A DNA stretch of 63,011 nucleotides, the filler included, from Thraustochytrium aureum (taxonomy: Eukaryota): assembly GCA_012862495.1 (NCBI GenBank). It is 4 parts of 2 records of this genome, joined end to end, with 100 filler letters (N's around TTAATTAATTAA, not from the genome) between each part and the next. Parts side by side here need not be neighbours in the genome. Positions count along the whole stretch, not along the records: positions 1 to 26,575 come from BLSG01000086.1; 3 more parts are not named here. One strand, given 5' to 3'. This document shows, piece after piece, positions 9,707 to 24,700 of the stretch (within the stretch, counting starts at the first letter, position 1; each line of letters opens with the position of its first letter). Position numbers and translations under genes: made by a program. Below the pieces are notes generated by a model that did no database searches, was not told the DNA's origin, and saw only the letters and a list, made by a program, of their open reading frames with translations.

Positions 9707-12700
9707 ATGTCGCGCGGCTGCGACGAGGACCTGTCGGGGCTCGAGACCCTGGCGCTCGAACTCGCTAGCGCCTTCCCGGACGGCGATCCCGCCGGCGCCC
9801 TTTGTGCACGGATTGATAGCCATGGCCCTGGCACTGAGGAGGACTGTGCCACGACAGCGCGAGCAGGCGAACAGGTTGGCGATCTTCTTCACGCCTTGTT
9901 TTCGCAGCTTCGCGTCGCGCCTAGCGCGCAGCTTGGCAGAAAACTGGGCAAAGTCGCCTTGGTGCTCAAGCGCCTCGCGAGCGTGCGCGTGAGCCGCGAG
10001 GCGGCTCTCGACGTCTCCCTCGTGCTGTTGAGACTGGTGCGCGACGACTTTGACTACCCGCAAGAAGCGACCTCGGAGTGTCTCACCGAGGGGATCGGGG
10101 TTCCTGGTGTCTCACTTGGAAGGGCTGAGCCCCGTCGGGCCGGGCGATCAGGCAAACGAGCTTGGCCCACCTCGCAATGGCAGCGACAGCCACCCGAGCA
10201 CATCGTGGCAAATCGGGTTTCGGGACACGCTGTACATCCTTGAGGCAGTGCTGGGCCTTCGCTGGGACTTGCCTGTTGCCATCAAGCGCTCCCTCGTCCT
10301 GAGGAGCGCCTTTGCGACCCACGCGCACTGGGTGCCCGCAAGTCGGCACGTTGGTAGTGATATTGAGCCTAGCGTCGAGCGCTCGCTGCTGCAGGCCGTC
10401 AGCGCGGCCGCCCCAGAGCCCGACCGGATGGCCTCGGCACCCGGCGGCTCGGACGACGCCGCCGAAGGAGCAGTGGCTGAAGACCCCGATCACGGGGAGG
10501 ACCAAGGCTGCCCGAGCAACAGCCGATTCGCTAGGTCCAAGATGCAGGCACGTCTCACGCTGCACTTTCACGTCCAGTTCGCCGCAAGATGCTTGGAGCT
10601 CTGCGAAACCCATCTCGCCGCCGTGGCACGGGCTCTCACGCGAGTTCCGACGTTGGACCTCGCAGGGGCCGACCTCGCGCCGCCGCTGGTCGTCGACCGG
10701 TGCGGGCCGCCTCAGGCGGCCCCGATGAAGGCTCTTCTTCAATCGGGCCCCTTGCGCGCCTGCCAGGCAAGGAGCGCAAGCCAGGTCAACCATCTCCTTG
10801 TGGGCATCAAAGGCCTGCTGTGGCTCGTTGTCACAACTGCGGGTCGCCTTTCGCCGAGCACGGCGTTCGGAACTGCGGCAGACATGGCCACGGGCGCCTC
10901 AAGCGAAACGATCCTCGGCCTCTTTCGCGCGATGGGCGAGTACGCCACGGCCGAGGAGGCCCTGCTGTCGCAAGCCATCTGCGAAGCACCCGAGAGCTCA
11001 GCGTGGGCAGGTCGAAACGTGTACTTCGCGCCCCCGTACAGCGCGCAAGACACCGCTGCCAAAGGCGCGTGGTACACCTTGTCGCCAAATCTGGCAATCT
11101 CGCTGGCCTCGTTGTCAAGTAGCGGCAACGCCGAGGAGGAGCGCGCTCTGCTCGTCAGCCTGCTGGTCGATTACGTTGGCCCGACGGCGCGCCGTGTGGC
11201 TGCCCTGGGGGAGCGCCCGGACCCGACGAAACCTCGTGTCATTTACTTGCCTGGCCTGGCCCACCTTCTGTAACCCTGGGTGCGGTCGCGTCTCGGCACC
11301 AGGAAAGCGTCCCCTCCCTTGTGCAAGCGAGTGGCATTGACTGGTTCATGGTCGTCGCGCAAGCGTTCAAAGTAGTCGAGGGCGACCTGCTCGGCGACGC
11401 GGCCAACGCGGAGTCGCCCAACTTTTGGTGCGCCCCGTGGCTCGAGGTGTTGCGTGCAAAGGCCTCCTCGACGCTTTCGAGCCTCTACCTTAATCAGGCA
11501 TGGCTCGCCGCGTTCCCGCTCAACTTCAGCCACGTAGCTGCCCTCGTAGACGGGCACGTGTCACCAGAAAGCCCGGTTTTTGAGGCTCTGGCGTCTGGGC
11601 GGCTTTCCAACCAGGACGAATGGCGCCTGTTTCGGCTCGTCACGGGCGGCGGAGTTTCCTCGCAAGGCGAGTTTCCACTCACCTTGTCAGAGTCCGTCAC
11701 GACCCTCTTGGGCCAGCTTCAGCGCGGCCGGCAGCGACCTGGCCGGATCGTGCAACGCGAAGGAGGCGAGGACCTCATGTTTGTCCAGACAGCCAAAGGA
11801 ATACTGCGGTCCCTGCGCCAGCTTGCCTCTCGCCCAGACGCGGCTCAGGCGGACGTGGCGCCGCCCTACATCCAGCTTCTGACCATCACGTTTCACATAT
11901 GCTCCCACACCACGCGCGTGGAGCTCTTCGAGCTGGCTGTCCAGCTCGTTGTCCAAGCCCAGCGCCGTGCTGCAGAGGACCGGGCTTCGGCGCCGTGGCT
12001 GTTGCTTGGCAAAACCATCATGCTGACAGAGTGCATGCTCACGGGCTGGCTTTTTGCAGTCGAGCAATCACCTGTCACCCCAGACCAGTACCTGCCGTCC
12101 CTGGCCGCGTATTTGAAGCACGACGTCGTGTTCAGCTCGTTGCTAGGTCAGGCACCAAGCTGCGCCACGATCGAGGATGCAGGAAGCGTTCCATTGGAGG
12201 CTCTCGCCAGCCTGCGGGACGCAGCGCTAAGCCTGGCGCAAAATTTCTTCAACGGGGTGGGCGCGCCTTCCGGCACTGGCTCGAGTTCCAGATTGCTGTG
12301 GATCAACCACGCTATCGCCCAGCACGCCGGCCTCCGCGTCTTGGCGATGCTCGCCGTTTCGCGCTGGCCGCTTCGCAACCACCTCGGCGTGCACGCAGCA
12401 CAAGACGTATCGCGAAGCGATGGCGTTGCGGTCGGCGACTTCCTGCCTGCCCTGCACGTGGCCCTCGCCTCGGCGACGGGCCGCGTGCGCGTTGCAGACG
12501 GGAATGCCCACCAATCTACTCTACAGCGAACCGCGCTTGAGCAGCTGGCCGAGTTGCTTGTCAAAGCCAGCGGGCTCTTCGCGTATGCCGCGCACGAGAT
12601 CCCTTCGCTCCTCATGGGAGCCATATCGGACGCGTTGTCGCACAGCGTCTTCCTTGTGCTGCGCCGAGCTGCGATTTCCGTGGGCGAGGACGGCGTGCCG

Positions 12701-15700
12701 ACCTACTCGACAGCGCTCGTCGACGCTCTGCCTCCTAGTTTTCTGCCGGGCGCGGCCCAGTTCCTCATCGCCGCGCTCAAAGCTTGGCGGACGCGCTATG
12801 AAGTGGCGTTTGCCGACCTCGTCTGGGGCTTACTTCACGCCCCGAACCAAGCCGTGGCAGACGCTGAGGCGGTGAAAGAGGAGGGGGTCGCGACTGCCTC
12901 AAGGCTCTGCGGCGACCAAGAGGGCGCCGATTTGCCCGGAAAAGGCCAGGGTGGCGCAGAGCGTTCCCAGTTCTCGACGTTCCTGCTCTTTGACGACCAG
13001 ACCACGTCAAGCGTGCTAGCGGTGCTCGCTGGAGCTGGCGGTGTCAGCGCCGTCGCGCACGCCATGGCCACCGCTCAAATCATCATGCGTGATCTTGGTG
13101 CAGACAGCGGGGCGGCTTTGTTGCGCTCGCACGGGCTAATCGGGCCTTCCCTCGAAACCTCGATCGCGCTTGCGCTCAACGAGGACGCCGTGGACCGCAT
13201 CATGCCCGGGCACGCGACAGACATCTACTCTGCGCAGAGGTCCATGCTCCTCCTTCTTGGAATTGCCACCGACGTCGCCCAGGCGCTACGAGCAAGGAGT
13301 GTGACCGCGGCCTCCGGGCCGCGTGCGAACCCCAGCAAAGCAGACCTCCTGATGGGCATTGAATCTGGTGTCTCCCACGCGCACGTGAGGTGTCGCGACG
13401 GCGTAGTGGACACGTGCGCTAAACAAGTTCTGACGACGGCCTTCGCAGCAATGGTCGGCACCTCGCGACTTGAGTCTCTTCCGGGCATGGTGCATGCCCA
13501 ACACACGGTTTGTATAGAGGTTCTGTGCGCTGCTGCCAACCTTGCGGAGGGACATCGAGGGCGCCACAGAGGCGCACAACCCTCGTGAGCTCTCGAACCC
13601 GCTCGAGGCTTTGGTGAGCCGTGCCGTCGCGCGCTTCAGGGTTTCTGTCCATGGCTCGGCGCGCTTGCAAGGGCCCCAGCTCTGCTCCCTCGCCAACTCT
13701 CTTTCAACGATCATCGCGTGCCAGCGGTGCTCGCGCGCGAAGAGGCAACTCGTTTCAGAGCTCTCGAGTTTTGTCACCGGTGCCCTCAGTCACGGGCCGG
13801 ATGTCTCCCATGCTCGCGATATCGTCAACAGTCTGGACTCGGCGTTTTGCGAGCATTTTGTGAGCGACGCTCTGCAGAGCTCGGACAAGATGACGCGGGA
13901 TGCGATGAGGCTCCTACTTGTGCGCCTCCTGCGCCTCGAGCGCGTTGCCAGCGTTGGCGTTACGGAAAGGCCTGGCGAGAAGCCAGGGCAGCTGCCGATC
14001 TCCGCTCAAGTCTGTGCGCTCGATGCGCCAACTGCGCTGGCAAATCCCGATGCCTTTGTCGAGCTCCTCCACGNNNNNNNNNNNNNNNNNNNNNNNNNNN
14101 NNNNNNNNNNNNNNNNNNNNNNNNNNNNNNNNNNNNNNNNNNNNNNNNNNNNNNNNNNNNNNNNNNNNNNNNNNNNNNNNNNNNNNNNNNNNNNNNNNNN
14201 NNNNNNNNNNNNNNNNNNNNNNNNNNNNNNNNNNNNNNNNNNNNNNNNNNNNNNNNNNNNNNNNNNNNNNNNNNNNNNNNNNNNNNNNNNNNGCAGGTTG
14301 GTTTGTCGAGGCGTGTCTCCTGGCGATCCAGAGCGCTTGCAAGTCGACGTTGTTGGGGACCTCGGAGACTTTCGGGCCGCCTGGCGGTACGGGTTTGGAC
14401 TTGGACTCTTCGACCGCATCGCCGCCTCTCGCCGAATCCGCGAGCGCTGGTCGCCAAGGGCAGCTCGGCGGCCCGAACAGCACAGATTCGTTGGCGGCCC
14501 AAGCCCGGCGTCCATTCCGCGGTCCACGTGGCACTCGCGGTGGCTCGTACTCGGCGACTGTCGACCACAGAGGCGCAAGGTCGGGTCGCTTGCACTCTAA
14601 TTCAATGGGCAGCAGGGGCTCCAGGGACGGCCCGGGGCCGTCCTGGTCGGCTGGCTCTGCTACGCTCGATGGGGCAGCGGTGCGCTCGACCTCGTCTTCT
14701 GCTTGGGGCGTGGTAGAAGGTGCGTTGAATCGCTTCAATCGTTCCCAAGAAGCCTCTCGCACTTTGCGTGCCAGCAGTCGGACTCTCGGCACCGATATTG
14801 GGGCGGGGCACTCCGGCGGCAGTGGCAACGGCGGCGCCGCTGATCCTTCAGCACAGCGTGAAAATGGAGGTGATGCCGATCGCCAGCATCGCGACGAGCT
14901 TGAGACGCGCGGTTTCGACCACGAAGACGACGGACTCCTCGAGGCCGCTGCCATCCACCAATTTGCGCTGGAGGCGAGGCGCCAGCTTGAAGAACAGCCC
15001 GGGCTGGGTGTTTCCGAATCCAACGTGATGGAAGTAGACTCGGACGATGGCTTTGTGCAGTCAGCAGACAATCGTCGATGGCCCGATGTTGCAGAAAATG
15101 AAAACGACGCCGGCGAAGGAGAAGCTGAAGCAGCTGGTTCCGAAGGTGCTTCCCTTCGCTTTCCCGCGAGGAGCGGTGAAGCCGATCTCGGTGACGCGGA
15201 TTTGGTCAAAACGGCAAGAGCAACGGAGAACGCTGGCGAGGGGAGTGACGAAAGTGACAACGATGATGACGATGTTGATGAAGCGGGGGAGAAGAGGAGG
15301 AGAAGAAGGTCGTACTCGAAAGCGGCCCCAACGGCCGCCGCGTTGGCTACGAGGTGGAGGGGGAGGAGGAGGTTGACGACAACGACGACGATGACGACGA
15401 CGACGATGGGTTCACTATGCCTCTCCTCAACAACGATACCAAAGACCCCGAAGACGACGATGACGACGAGGATGGCGAGGAGGAGGAAGAAGAAGAGGAG
15501 GAGGAGGACAAGCTTGACGACGAGGACGAACAAAGAAGAAGGGGACGACAAAGACGCTGTCGAGGGGGACGAAGACGAAGACGTGGACGATGTCAACGAC
15601 AAGATCGAAGCCATTATTCGACGGCGAAAGCAGCACTTGATGCGATTGTCTGGCGAATTGGGCGAGCCGGACATGCACACAGACTTGCAGGGCATTGCGA

Positions 15701-18700
15701 AACTGATGAGCTCCGAGGCCCAGGGTCACAGCGGATCACGGTCTCAAGGGGGTGGCTCGTTTCGGCAGTGGATGAAATCTCGAAAGGGCCACGGGCACGC
15801 GAACAGGAGGACAAATGACGACCAAGGCGCAGACGCAGAGGAAATGTCTGACGAGGAATTTGACGAGCATCCCGAAGTGTTTGCAATGTACGAGAGGATG
15901 ATGCGAAAGCATCTCAAGGGCCGCGAGACCAAAGGCGGGCAGGCGCGGCGCGGCAGAGCGGAGGTTGCTGCCGAGTCGGAGCCGCGCGAAGAGGGCCAGC
16001 GCGTCAAGCCAAGCAAGACCGTCTGCACTTTCACTATGACGGGGGGACGAATACGAGCTCCAGCACTGGTATCACTGTGTGACATGCGGCCTGGTGAAGG
16101 AAAAGGGATGCTGCTCTGTTTGCGCTCGGCGTTGCCACGCTTCGCACTTCCTCACCTACGCTCGCCACTCGCGATTCTTCTGTGATTGCGGGGCTGAGTC
16201 CAAGTGCAAGGCAGCCCGCCCAACGGCGAAGCTCCCTGGGCACGAAATGGGTTCCCCGTGTCGCGAGCTCGGCGTCGGCGCGGACGCCGTGAGAACGTGG
16301 GAAGCGCGCCAAGCGCAGTGCAGAGTCGCCCCGAGCCGCTCAGCATCAGCCCGGACGGTGTCGCTTGCGAACGCTTGCGCGCCCTGTTCGCGTCGGGCCC
16401 CGAAGAAGGCGCGCGAGACGGAGGCGAGCATGGCGAGCGCACCCAAGCGCCGTGGGCGGCTGGCGACTCGAGCATGTCTGCAGCGTGGCGACTGCTCGAG
16501 TCAAATTCCAAAGTAGCTGCTCCGGGGGCGGGAGTGCAGAGCTGGCCGCTTCTAGNNNNNNNNNNNNNNNNNNNNNNNNNNNNNNNNNNNNNNNNNNNNN
16601 NNNNNNNNNNNNNNNNNNNNNNNNNNNNNNNNNNNNNNNNNNNNNNNNNNNNNNNNNNNNNNNNNNNNNNNNNNNNNNNNNNNNNNNNNNNNNNNNNNNN
16701 NNNNNNNNNNNNNNNNNNNNNNNNNNNNNNNNNNNNNNNNNNNNNNNNNNNNNNNNNNNNNNNNNNNNNNNNNNNNNNNNNNNNNNNNNNNNNNNNNNNN
16801 NNNNNNNNNNNNNNNNNNNNNNNNNNNNNNNNNNNNNNNNNNNNNNNNNNNNNNNNNNNNNNNNNNNNNNNNNNNNNNNNNNNNNNNNNNNNNNNNNNNN
16901 NNNNNNNNNNNNNNNNNNNNNNNNNNNNNNNNNNNNNNNNNNNNNNNNNNNNNNNNNNNNNNNNNNNNNNNNNNNNNNNNNNNNNNNNNNNNNNNNNNNN
17001 NNNNNNNNNNNNNNNNNNNNNNNNNNNNNNNNNNNNNNNNNNNNNNNNNNNNNNNNNNNNNNNNNNNNNNNNNNNNNNNNNNNNNNNNNNNNNNNNNNNN
17101 NNNNNNNNNNNNNNNNNNNNNNNNNNNNNNNNNNNNNNNNNNNNNNNNNNNNNNNNNNNNNNNNNNNNNNNNNNNNNNNNNNNNNNNNNNNNNNNNNNNN
17201 NNNNNNNNNNNNNNNNNNNNNNNNNNNNNNNNNNNNNNNNNNNNNNNNNNNNNNNNNNNNNNNNNNNNNNNNNNNNNNNNNNNNNNNNNNNNNNNNNNNN
17301 NNNNNNNNNNNNNNNNNNNNNNNNNNNNNNNNNNNNNNNNNNNNTGAGCGCTTGCAGCAACCGACTCTATATTGCTGCTGCAGATGAGCAGAGCCGCGTC
17401 CTTGAACCTCTTCTTGTGCAGGAGATCCCGGTCACAGAGGTCGCTGGCAAGGTTTGGGCCTGGGGAACTGAGGAGGCGCCAGCCGAGGCCGCCGCATCAA
17501 GCTCGCCCCCCGTGCAGAAGCCAGGGGCATGGAGCGCCTTGCGCGAGGCCGCAAGACGAGGACGCGGGTTGCCCCCGTCGTCAGCACACGTGAGAAGTGG
17601 GGGCGATCCTGGCGGCCTGGACAAACGGTCGCCGGTCGTGGGGCTCTGTATATGGCCGCCAGTGTGGTCCAGAGAAACGAGCTACGAGGCTCTCGACGCG
17701 GAGAGGTCTGCTGCGTTCTTCTCTAGCACCCCAAGTGTCAAGTATGCACTGCGACGCACACAGCAGGGCGGAGCTGCCGCGACGACCGCCTCTGCGCGTC
17801 GCCTTCCTTTCCTCGCGATGGAAAACAGGGTTCTCTTGGCCTTGTGCGAAAATGGGCAACTCTTGCGCCTCAACATGCGTGGGTCTCTGAAACGACTCAA
17901 GCAGCGAATCGAGCAGGTCCACTTGGCGATGCTGGACAGTAGCAAGAAGGCACAGGTCGCAGGGTTGAACGCTGTGCCAGACCCGTTCATTTTTGAGCAC
18001 CTGACCCAAGTCTCAACGAGCCCAGCCCTTGCTGCCTGCTTCTCCTGGGGGGGTAGTGTTCTTCGCAGCATCGGTAGCGCGCAGCGCGCCAACGCAGTCT
18101 TGCCGAACACGCGCGAGGACACTGTTTCGTGGAGGTTTGAGTACGAGAACTTTGTCGTCACCGCGCAGCTCACCTGCCCCGGCCACGCGCTTTTGGCGGT
18201 GCGCATTCTCGTCGGCTCTCAAAACAACAAGCGCGTCCCTCGTGCCGCGATCGTGGGCCCGTTCCGCCGCCGCGTTGAGCTCAAGGTGACGTCGGCGCAC
18301 TGGATTGACTTGTGCCTGACTCCTGCCGAGGCGCTCGTTTCGCAGGCGAGCGGCGTTATCCGAGCGGAACTCGAGCCCGCAGGAGGGGAGAACGGCATTC
18401 TGGTGGACGCGGTCGAGGCATACGCAGTAGCCACTGACGCCAAGGTTTGGCTCGAATACGTCCGCCCAGCATGGGACTTCGCTGGCGAAGCGCTGAGCCG
18501 TGCCGAGGAGCAGGCGGGCTCGGTTCCCAAGAGGAGCGCGCTTGTACTCGGCGCTCCCAGCTCCAGCGTAGGCAGCGCCGGTGGGTCTGCGAGCCAAGGC
18601 GTCGGAGCGGCTGTGGCGCCAAACAAGGACGACAGTGGGCGCACTGTGGTTTCCGCGATCGACTCCGGAGCGACTATTCTGGAGCTTCTTAGCCAGCACA

Positions 18701-21700
18701 CGGCCGCCAGCAGCGCCTCGAGCAGGGCCGAGACGCCGAGCATGACGGAGGGCACCTTAGCACAAGCTTTTGAAACGATTGTGGCTCGCGGCCTGCTGTT
18801 CGGCGTCTCGCATTCTAGACGGGCTCCGGCAGGACGCCCAGACGTCGCCAACGGCGGTGCAAGTGGCGATCCAGTTGCGATTGCAGCGGGTTCTGACACC
18901 ATCCTCCGTCGGCTGGCTCGGCTCATTCGGATCAAGAGCGGCGCGCCAGACAGTGATGTCATCGAGCACGTGCTGCTCACAAGCCTCGGGGAACTGGAGA
19001 GCGAGGCGCGGTCCGCAAGCTCGCATTCGCGAGCAACTTGGCTAAGCCAAGCGAGTTTAGACCACGTGTTCGATCTCTGCAGTGCCGTCCCGGCCCACGT
19101 CATGGAAAACTGGCTCACTCTGGACCGCATGCGTGTGGTTTTGTCTTTCTTGGCCCAGTCGCTGCGCCGAGAGGTGAACGCCGCGGTTGACGCTCAACCC
19201 GCGCTGAGCACGGACGCCACGCTGCTCACCCAACGCCAAGTTGCGCTCTTCGTCAGACAATCCGTGCAGTGGGGCGTTTGCCTGTGGCAGCGCGGCGAGG
19301 TTCAAGCTCATGTGGTTGTACTGCACTGCCTGAACGAGCTCCTGCGAGGCGGACGCCATCTTCTCGGCATTTTCACAGCGCAGGCCCTCGGGCCCCTGCT
19401 GTCGTCCATCCCAGAAGCACCCCGCCCTGCTTCGGCTGCGACGAACGCCGAGCTTGAGAATACCATGGTTCAGTACCGGTGCGATGGGTGCAATGTCCTA
19501 CCGCTTCGTGGAACGCGATGGCATTGCCTTGTCTGCGAGAATTTCGACCTCTGTTCGTCCTGCAACGGCAAGCAGTTCGGGTCACACAAAGCTGACCATG
19601 AGATGACCAATTCGGGGGGGAGCTCGATGCCGGTGTCGTTGTCTACGCTGGACTCGGCTTGGGCGGCGGCTTCAAGTCGGGAGAAAGAGGCTTGCTTCAC
19701 GGCCATCATCGAGCGGGCGTTGAGCGAGTCCCTTGCTCCTCGCCAGGATTCCCTCATTTCTGCGACGTTGTTGCAGGCTTTGGTCGAGGTCTCTGCGAGC
19801 CACCTTTCAACGGTCGCATCGTGTCTCGCCGCTGTTGTGACAGGGGCTCTTACAAACCTCGACAGTCCTCAAGCCCTCGAAACCCTTCGTGAGTCTGGAG
19901 GCGCGCTCCCGCTCCTCCTGCACGTGGTCGGTTTGGCTGGTCTGAAGCGGGGCGACCCGGTGTCGCCAGAGGACAAAAAGGGTTCTCCCCCGCCTGGAAC
20001 CGAAGGCGCCAAGGCGGCCGGCGATGGTGACTCGGCCCCGCGTTGGCTCCGTTACCCAGGAGCAGACAAGAGCAGAGGAGGGGGCCGCGGTACGGCTTCG
20101 ATGCGCACGGTGCGACAGACAGCGCTTGAGCTGTCACGGGCTCGTGACCTCAGAGCGAAGGCGAAAGAAGCGGAGGCTGCGGCGTCTCGTGACCAGGCCC
20201 TGAGCCAACCCACAGAGCGATCCGCCCTTCTCGATGTTTTGCCCGAGGAAACGCGCCAAAGCCTTGCGCGAGCGCTGATTGGCCTCCTTGTGAATCTTGT
20301 GCAACTCCCGCCTGTGGCCTTCGACGTTGGAGCAAGTGGGGCTGGAGAAAGCAAATGCCTGGATGGCGATGACGACGGAGGTAACCTCTCCGAGGCCCCA
20401 ACCGACGAGCGCGTTCCGAGCGCCAAGGCCGCGCCGGCGGTGTTGGACTCTTGGATGGCGCCGGCCGTGGTGTTTTGGTCGCCTTTCTTGCGCGCTAATC
20501 AAGTCAACGAGGCCCGTGGGTCGGATATCGCTCTGTCGAGGTCGAAATGGATGCCCAAGTTACTGGTAAAGTCAGTCTGCAGCCTGTTGCTGGCTGTGTT
20601 GGGCGAGAAAATCGAGATGGACAACCGCGACGCAGCCATCAAGTCGCTCGTGCGACTCGTGCAAGAGCCCCAGTTTCGGTTCGTTCATCGGAAGGGAAGC
20701 GACATACTCGGCGTGCTCTGCAACGGGCACAGCGACTTTCGCTGGATGAGGAACGCGGATACGTTTCGCAAGGCCGAGCAGAGCCTGGCGATGGCTATCG
20801 CCAGGGCGACGTCGGGAGAGCCGGGCTTGACACTCGTCGTTCCAAAACTTGGCGTCATGCCGTCCACTCTCCCTGGAGAACTGAGTTACGAGGAGCTCGG
20901 CGAGCTGTCGCACATGTTGCGCCACCTCGCGAAGACGACAGCNNNNNNNNNNNNNNNNNNNNNNNNNNNNNNNNNNNNNNNNNNNNNNNNNNNNNNNNNN
21001 NNNNNNNNNNNNNNNNNNNNNNNNNNNNNNNNNNNNNNNNNNNNNNNNNNNNNNNNNNNNNNNNGCGCCGCTGAAAGCGCGGTGGGCGACCAAGGTCGGG
21101 AGCTACGAGAGGCTATCGCTGTGGACGAGCCCGCTGAGCGGCCCCAGCTTGGTGTCCTGGGGCTCTTGTTTGAGCTCTTGCGTTTTGCCCCTGAGCGGTG
21201 CAGCTCGCTGGCGCTTCGGATTGTCATGCTGGGCCTTCCACGCTTGCGAGGCGACTCAGAGGGGTCGGGTGTCGGTGTCGATGCCTCCGATGGCCGCAAG
21301 CCCGGCCAGGCCGCGGCACAGGCGCGGAGTCTGTCGAAAGGCTTGTCTGCGTTGGTGCTTCGTGACGAAGGGGCGGCAGTACGCACGCTGGTCGAAGTTC
21401 TCATGGTGCGAAGCAGCACCTCGTCGGTGCGGAACCTAGCTGCCGCGGTGTGGCGCCGCATATGGGCCGCGATTGGCCGTAAAGCGTCGCTCGACCTGGA
21501 GCCAAAGGAGGAGGAGCTGCGTGCTCGGGCTCGGCGCGCCATGCTGCAGCACCTCGTTGCGCGGCTTGGCCGCGTTCTCAACGCGGGCGAGCACGCCACC
21601 GAGATCATGCAGCTCCTCCACACGCTCTTCAAGGAAGACGACATCGTCAAGACGCAGAGGGCGGCTGCGACGCTGTGAATTCTGTCCTCCCCGCTCTTCT

Positions 21701-24700
21701 TGAGTCGATGTTGCGGTCCGCGTGGGCAGTGGTCCAGTCCAACCCTGGTACGCTTCTGAACGAGCAGGTGGCCACCTTTGTTGACGTTAAAACCCGCCCT
21801 TCTTTGGTGAGCAAGCTCGGCCTCGTCAAGCAGCCCGCGGTCGCGCTGCATGAAGCTGCAGGTGCAGAGGCGTCTTCCAAGTCTGGCACTGCGACCTGCG
21901 CGAGCTCCGACGTCGACGACAAGCACGTTCTTCTGCCGCCAGTGAACGGTGCGCCGCATCATGCTTCCTCGTGTCTCTCCTGCAACGTGATCAAAAGCAG
22001 TTTCAAGCGAATTCCGCTGCGACACGCCCAGAGCGAGACCAAGTACACGTCGAACGCGATGCTGGTGGGACTGGACTGCATGTTTACCATTGATAGCGTG
22101 CAGGTGAGCATTTCGGCGCACTCGTCCATGTTCGGCTCCGGCGTAAGCGCAATTGCAGTGTACTGCAATAGCTCGCCCTCTGCTGAGTTGGCGTCCTTGC
22201 AAGCCAGGGTCCCACGCTGGAGCAAGATCGCGACGATCCGTGTTGGCAAATGCAACGATTCAGAGCACTCTGTACGACTGCCCGTACCCGTCTCGGCCTG
22301 CAACCTCCTTTTCGAGTACGAGACCACCCATGAGCTTGCAGTTAGCCAGAGCAGTGAGCGCCAAGTGTGCCCGCGGTGCAACCGCACCGTGTCAGACCGC
22401 AGCGGGGTCTGCTCGTGCGGTGAAGTGGTGTTTCAGTGCCGCCAATGCCGGCGCATCAACCAGGAAGACCGGAACGCGTTTCTCTGTGTCGAATGCGGCT
22501 ACTGTCGTTTTGCCAAGTTCACGTATACCATGGAGGCTCGTGTGGCATCTGACTATCCCGCCCTGCTTTCGGAAGCGGATAAGGACCAGGCGGTCCGGCA
22601 GTTTCAGTATTTTGAGGAGACAGCCTGCAGCCTCGAGAAGGCGTTGGAGGACATGGTCGACCCTCAGCAGCGCGAGGCCCTCAAGCTGTGGCGGCGGCAA
22701 GGCGCCTCGTCTGGCACGTCGCTGCTTGTGAATGGTCAAAGCTACCTTGGCGATGGCGCCACAGCGGTCGCAGGCAATGCACAAACTTCTCATTCTCGGG
22801 CCCCCCGCCCGCGCGCACCGCCACGCAGCATGTCTGGAGCGAGCGGCGCCGGCGCCAAGCGGCGGGTTCGGCGACTTTCTCAACAAGCTTGGCGTCGTGA
22901 AGGGAACTGGGCTTGCGCGCGCCCGCCAAGCGCGCGAAAGGGCTGCGCAAGGGGCAACCAGGCCCTCTGGTGGGCGGAGCCCTTTGGGCCGGGGCCGCAT
23001 TCGTGTCGATCACAAGGGGTTGTCTGCTGCGAACGGTCTCGTGCTTGGTACAAACGAGATCGCATCACTCGAGGCGATCTTTGGTGCTGAGAGGTCAANN
23101 NNNNNNNNNNNNNNNNNNNNNNNNNNNNNNNNNNNNNNNNNNNNNNNNNNNNNNNNNNNNNNNNNNNNNNNNNNNNNNNNNNNNNNNNNNNNNNNNNNNN
23201 NNNNNNNNNNNNNNNNNNNNNNNNNNNNNNNNNNNNNNNNNNNNNNNNNNNNNNNNNNNNNNNNNNNNNNNNNNNNNNNNNNNNNNNNNNNNNNNNNNNN
23301 NNNNNNNNNNNNNNNNNNNNNNNNNNNNNNNNNNNNNNNNNNNNNNNNNNNNNNNNNNNNNNNNNNNNNNNNNNNNNNNNNNNNNNNNNNNNNNNNNNNN
23401 NNNNNNNNNNNNNNNNNNNNNNNNNNNNNNNNNNNNNNNNNNNNNNNNNNNNNNNNNNNNNNNNNNNNNNNNNNNNNNNNNNNNNNNNNNNNNNNNNNNN
23501 NNNNNNNNNNNNNNNNNNNNNNNNNNNNNNNNNNNNNNNNNNNNNNNNGAAGGAGTTGGCCCGCGGGCTTGTTCACGCGCTCGGGCAACACGAATTCAAG
23601 CTGTCGTCCGAGCCCTTGCCCTGGCGCTCGCAGCGCGTTCGCGAGGCTGCGCTTCGCGTGACGCGCTTCGTTCGCGCGGTCTCAGGGCGCAGCGTTGCGC
23701 AGCCTCATCGCTCGAGCGGCTTGCCGAGCTCAACGCGCAGGGAGGTGCTCGATGTGCATGGTTCATCCCGTTTTCCGCGGATGGATTGGCTCATCGCGGT
23801 CCTGTCTCGTTCAGGAGATGAAAAGCTCGTTAATCAAGGGTCGCTTCTAGTCCTGCGTTTTGCGGATGTGTTGGATAAGCCAGCGGAGCCGCCTGCGAAG
23901 TCGCGCGCGCCTCGCAGGCAGTCCAGGCGGAAACGGCGCAACAAGACCCACCCGAAGGCAGGAATCGAGAAGCAGGGCGAGGCGGGCGCGAACGCCACTC
24001 TCTTTGATTTGCTCGACGGGCTTTGCGTCCTGGCGTCAGAGCTCTACGCTTTCCGCGGTCGCGGTGCGCCGCGTTCCGCCTCTGCGGTACTTGCGGTCTT
24101 GTCCCAAGCCAGTGCATTTGCAGGGACATCTGCTGCTATGTTCATGGTGAGCCGCGGGCTCGCCCGACTCCTCTGCGAGGTCGTGCGGGACGAAACGCGG
24201 CGGTTGACAATGTTCGAAGAGCAGACGGTAGAGAACCTGCGTCGAAGCGGCGAGTCGGGCTGGACCCCGATCAACGAAGAGGCTCAGCTTACCTGGGTGT
24301 TCGAAGGAGCCACGTTGTTGGCTGGGCTTTGTGGTTGCCCTGCCATCCGCGACCTCGTCGCGCACAAGTATCAAGGAGCGATTCTGGAGGCGTACGTGCG
24401 AGGGTCAGCGCTTTCACTGTTCCAGAGCAATCACCTTTTCGGCGCGCTCGACCACTTGGCTTCAGTGGTATCAAGTGTGTCCGGCTTTGAGACTATCCTT
24501 GAAAAGGCAACCTCAACGAAGCACGATGCCGCCTCAGCAAAACGCAAGGGTGCCCGCGAGTTGAGCCCGCGAGCCGCGGACGAGTGCTTTCGCGCCTGTG
24601 GGGCGGTGCTGGAGAGCTTTGTCCGTGGTCTGAGTAGGGATAGCGACGCGCGAGACTGGAAGGCCTCGGAGCAGTGATGCGGCTCTTGGAGGAGGTGACT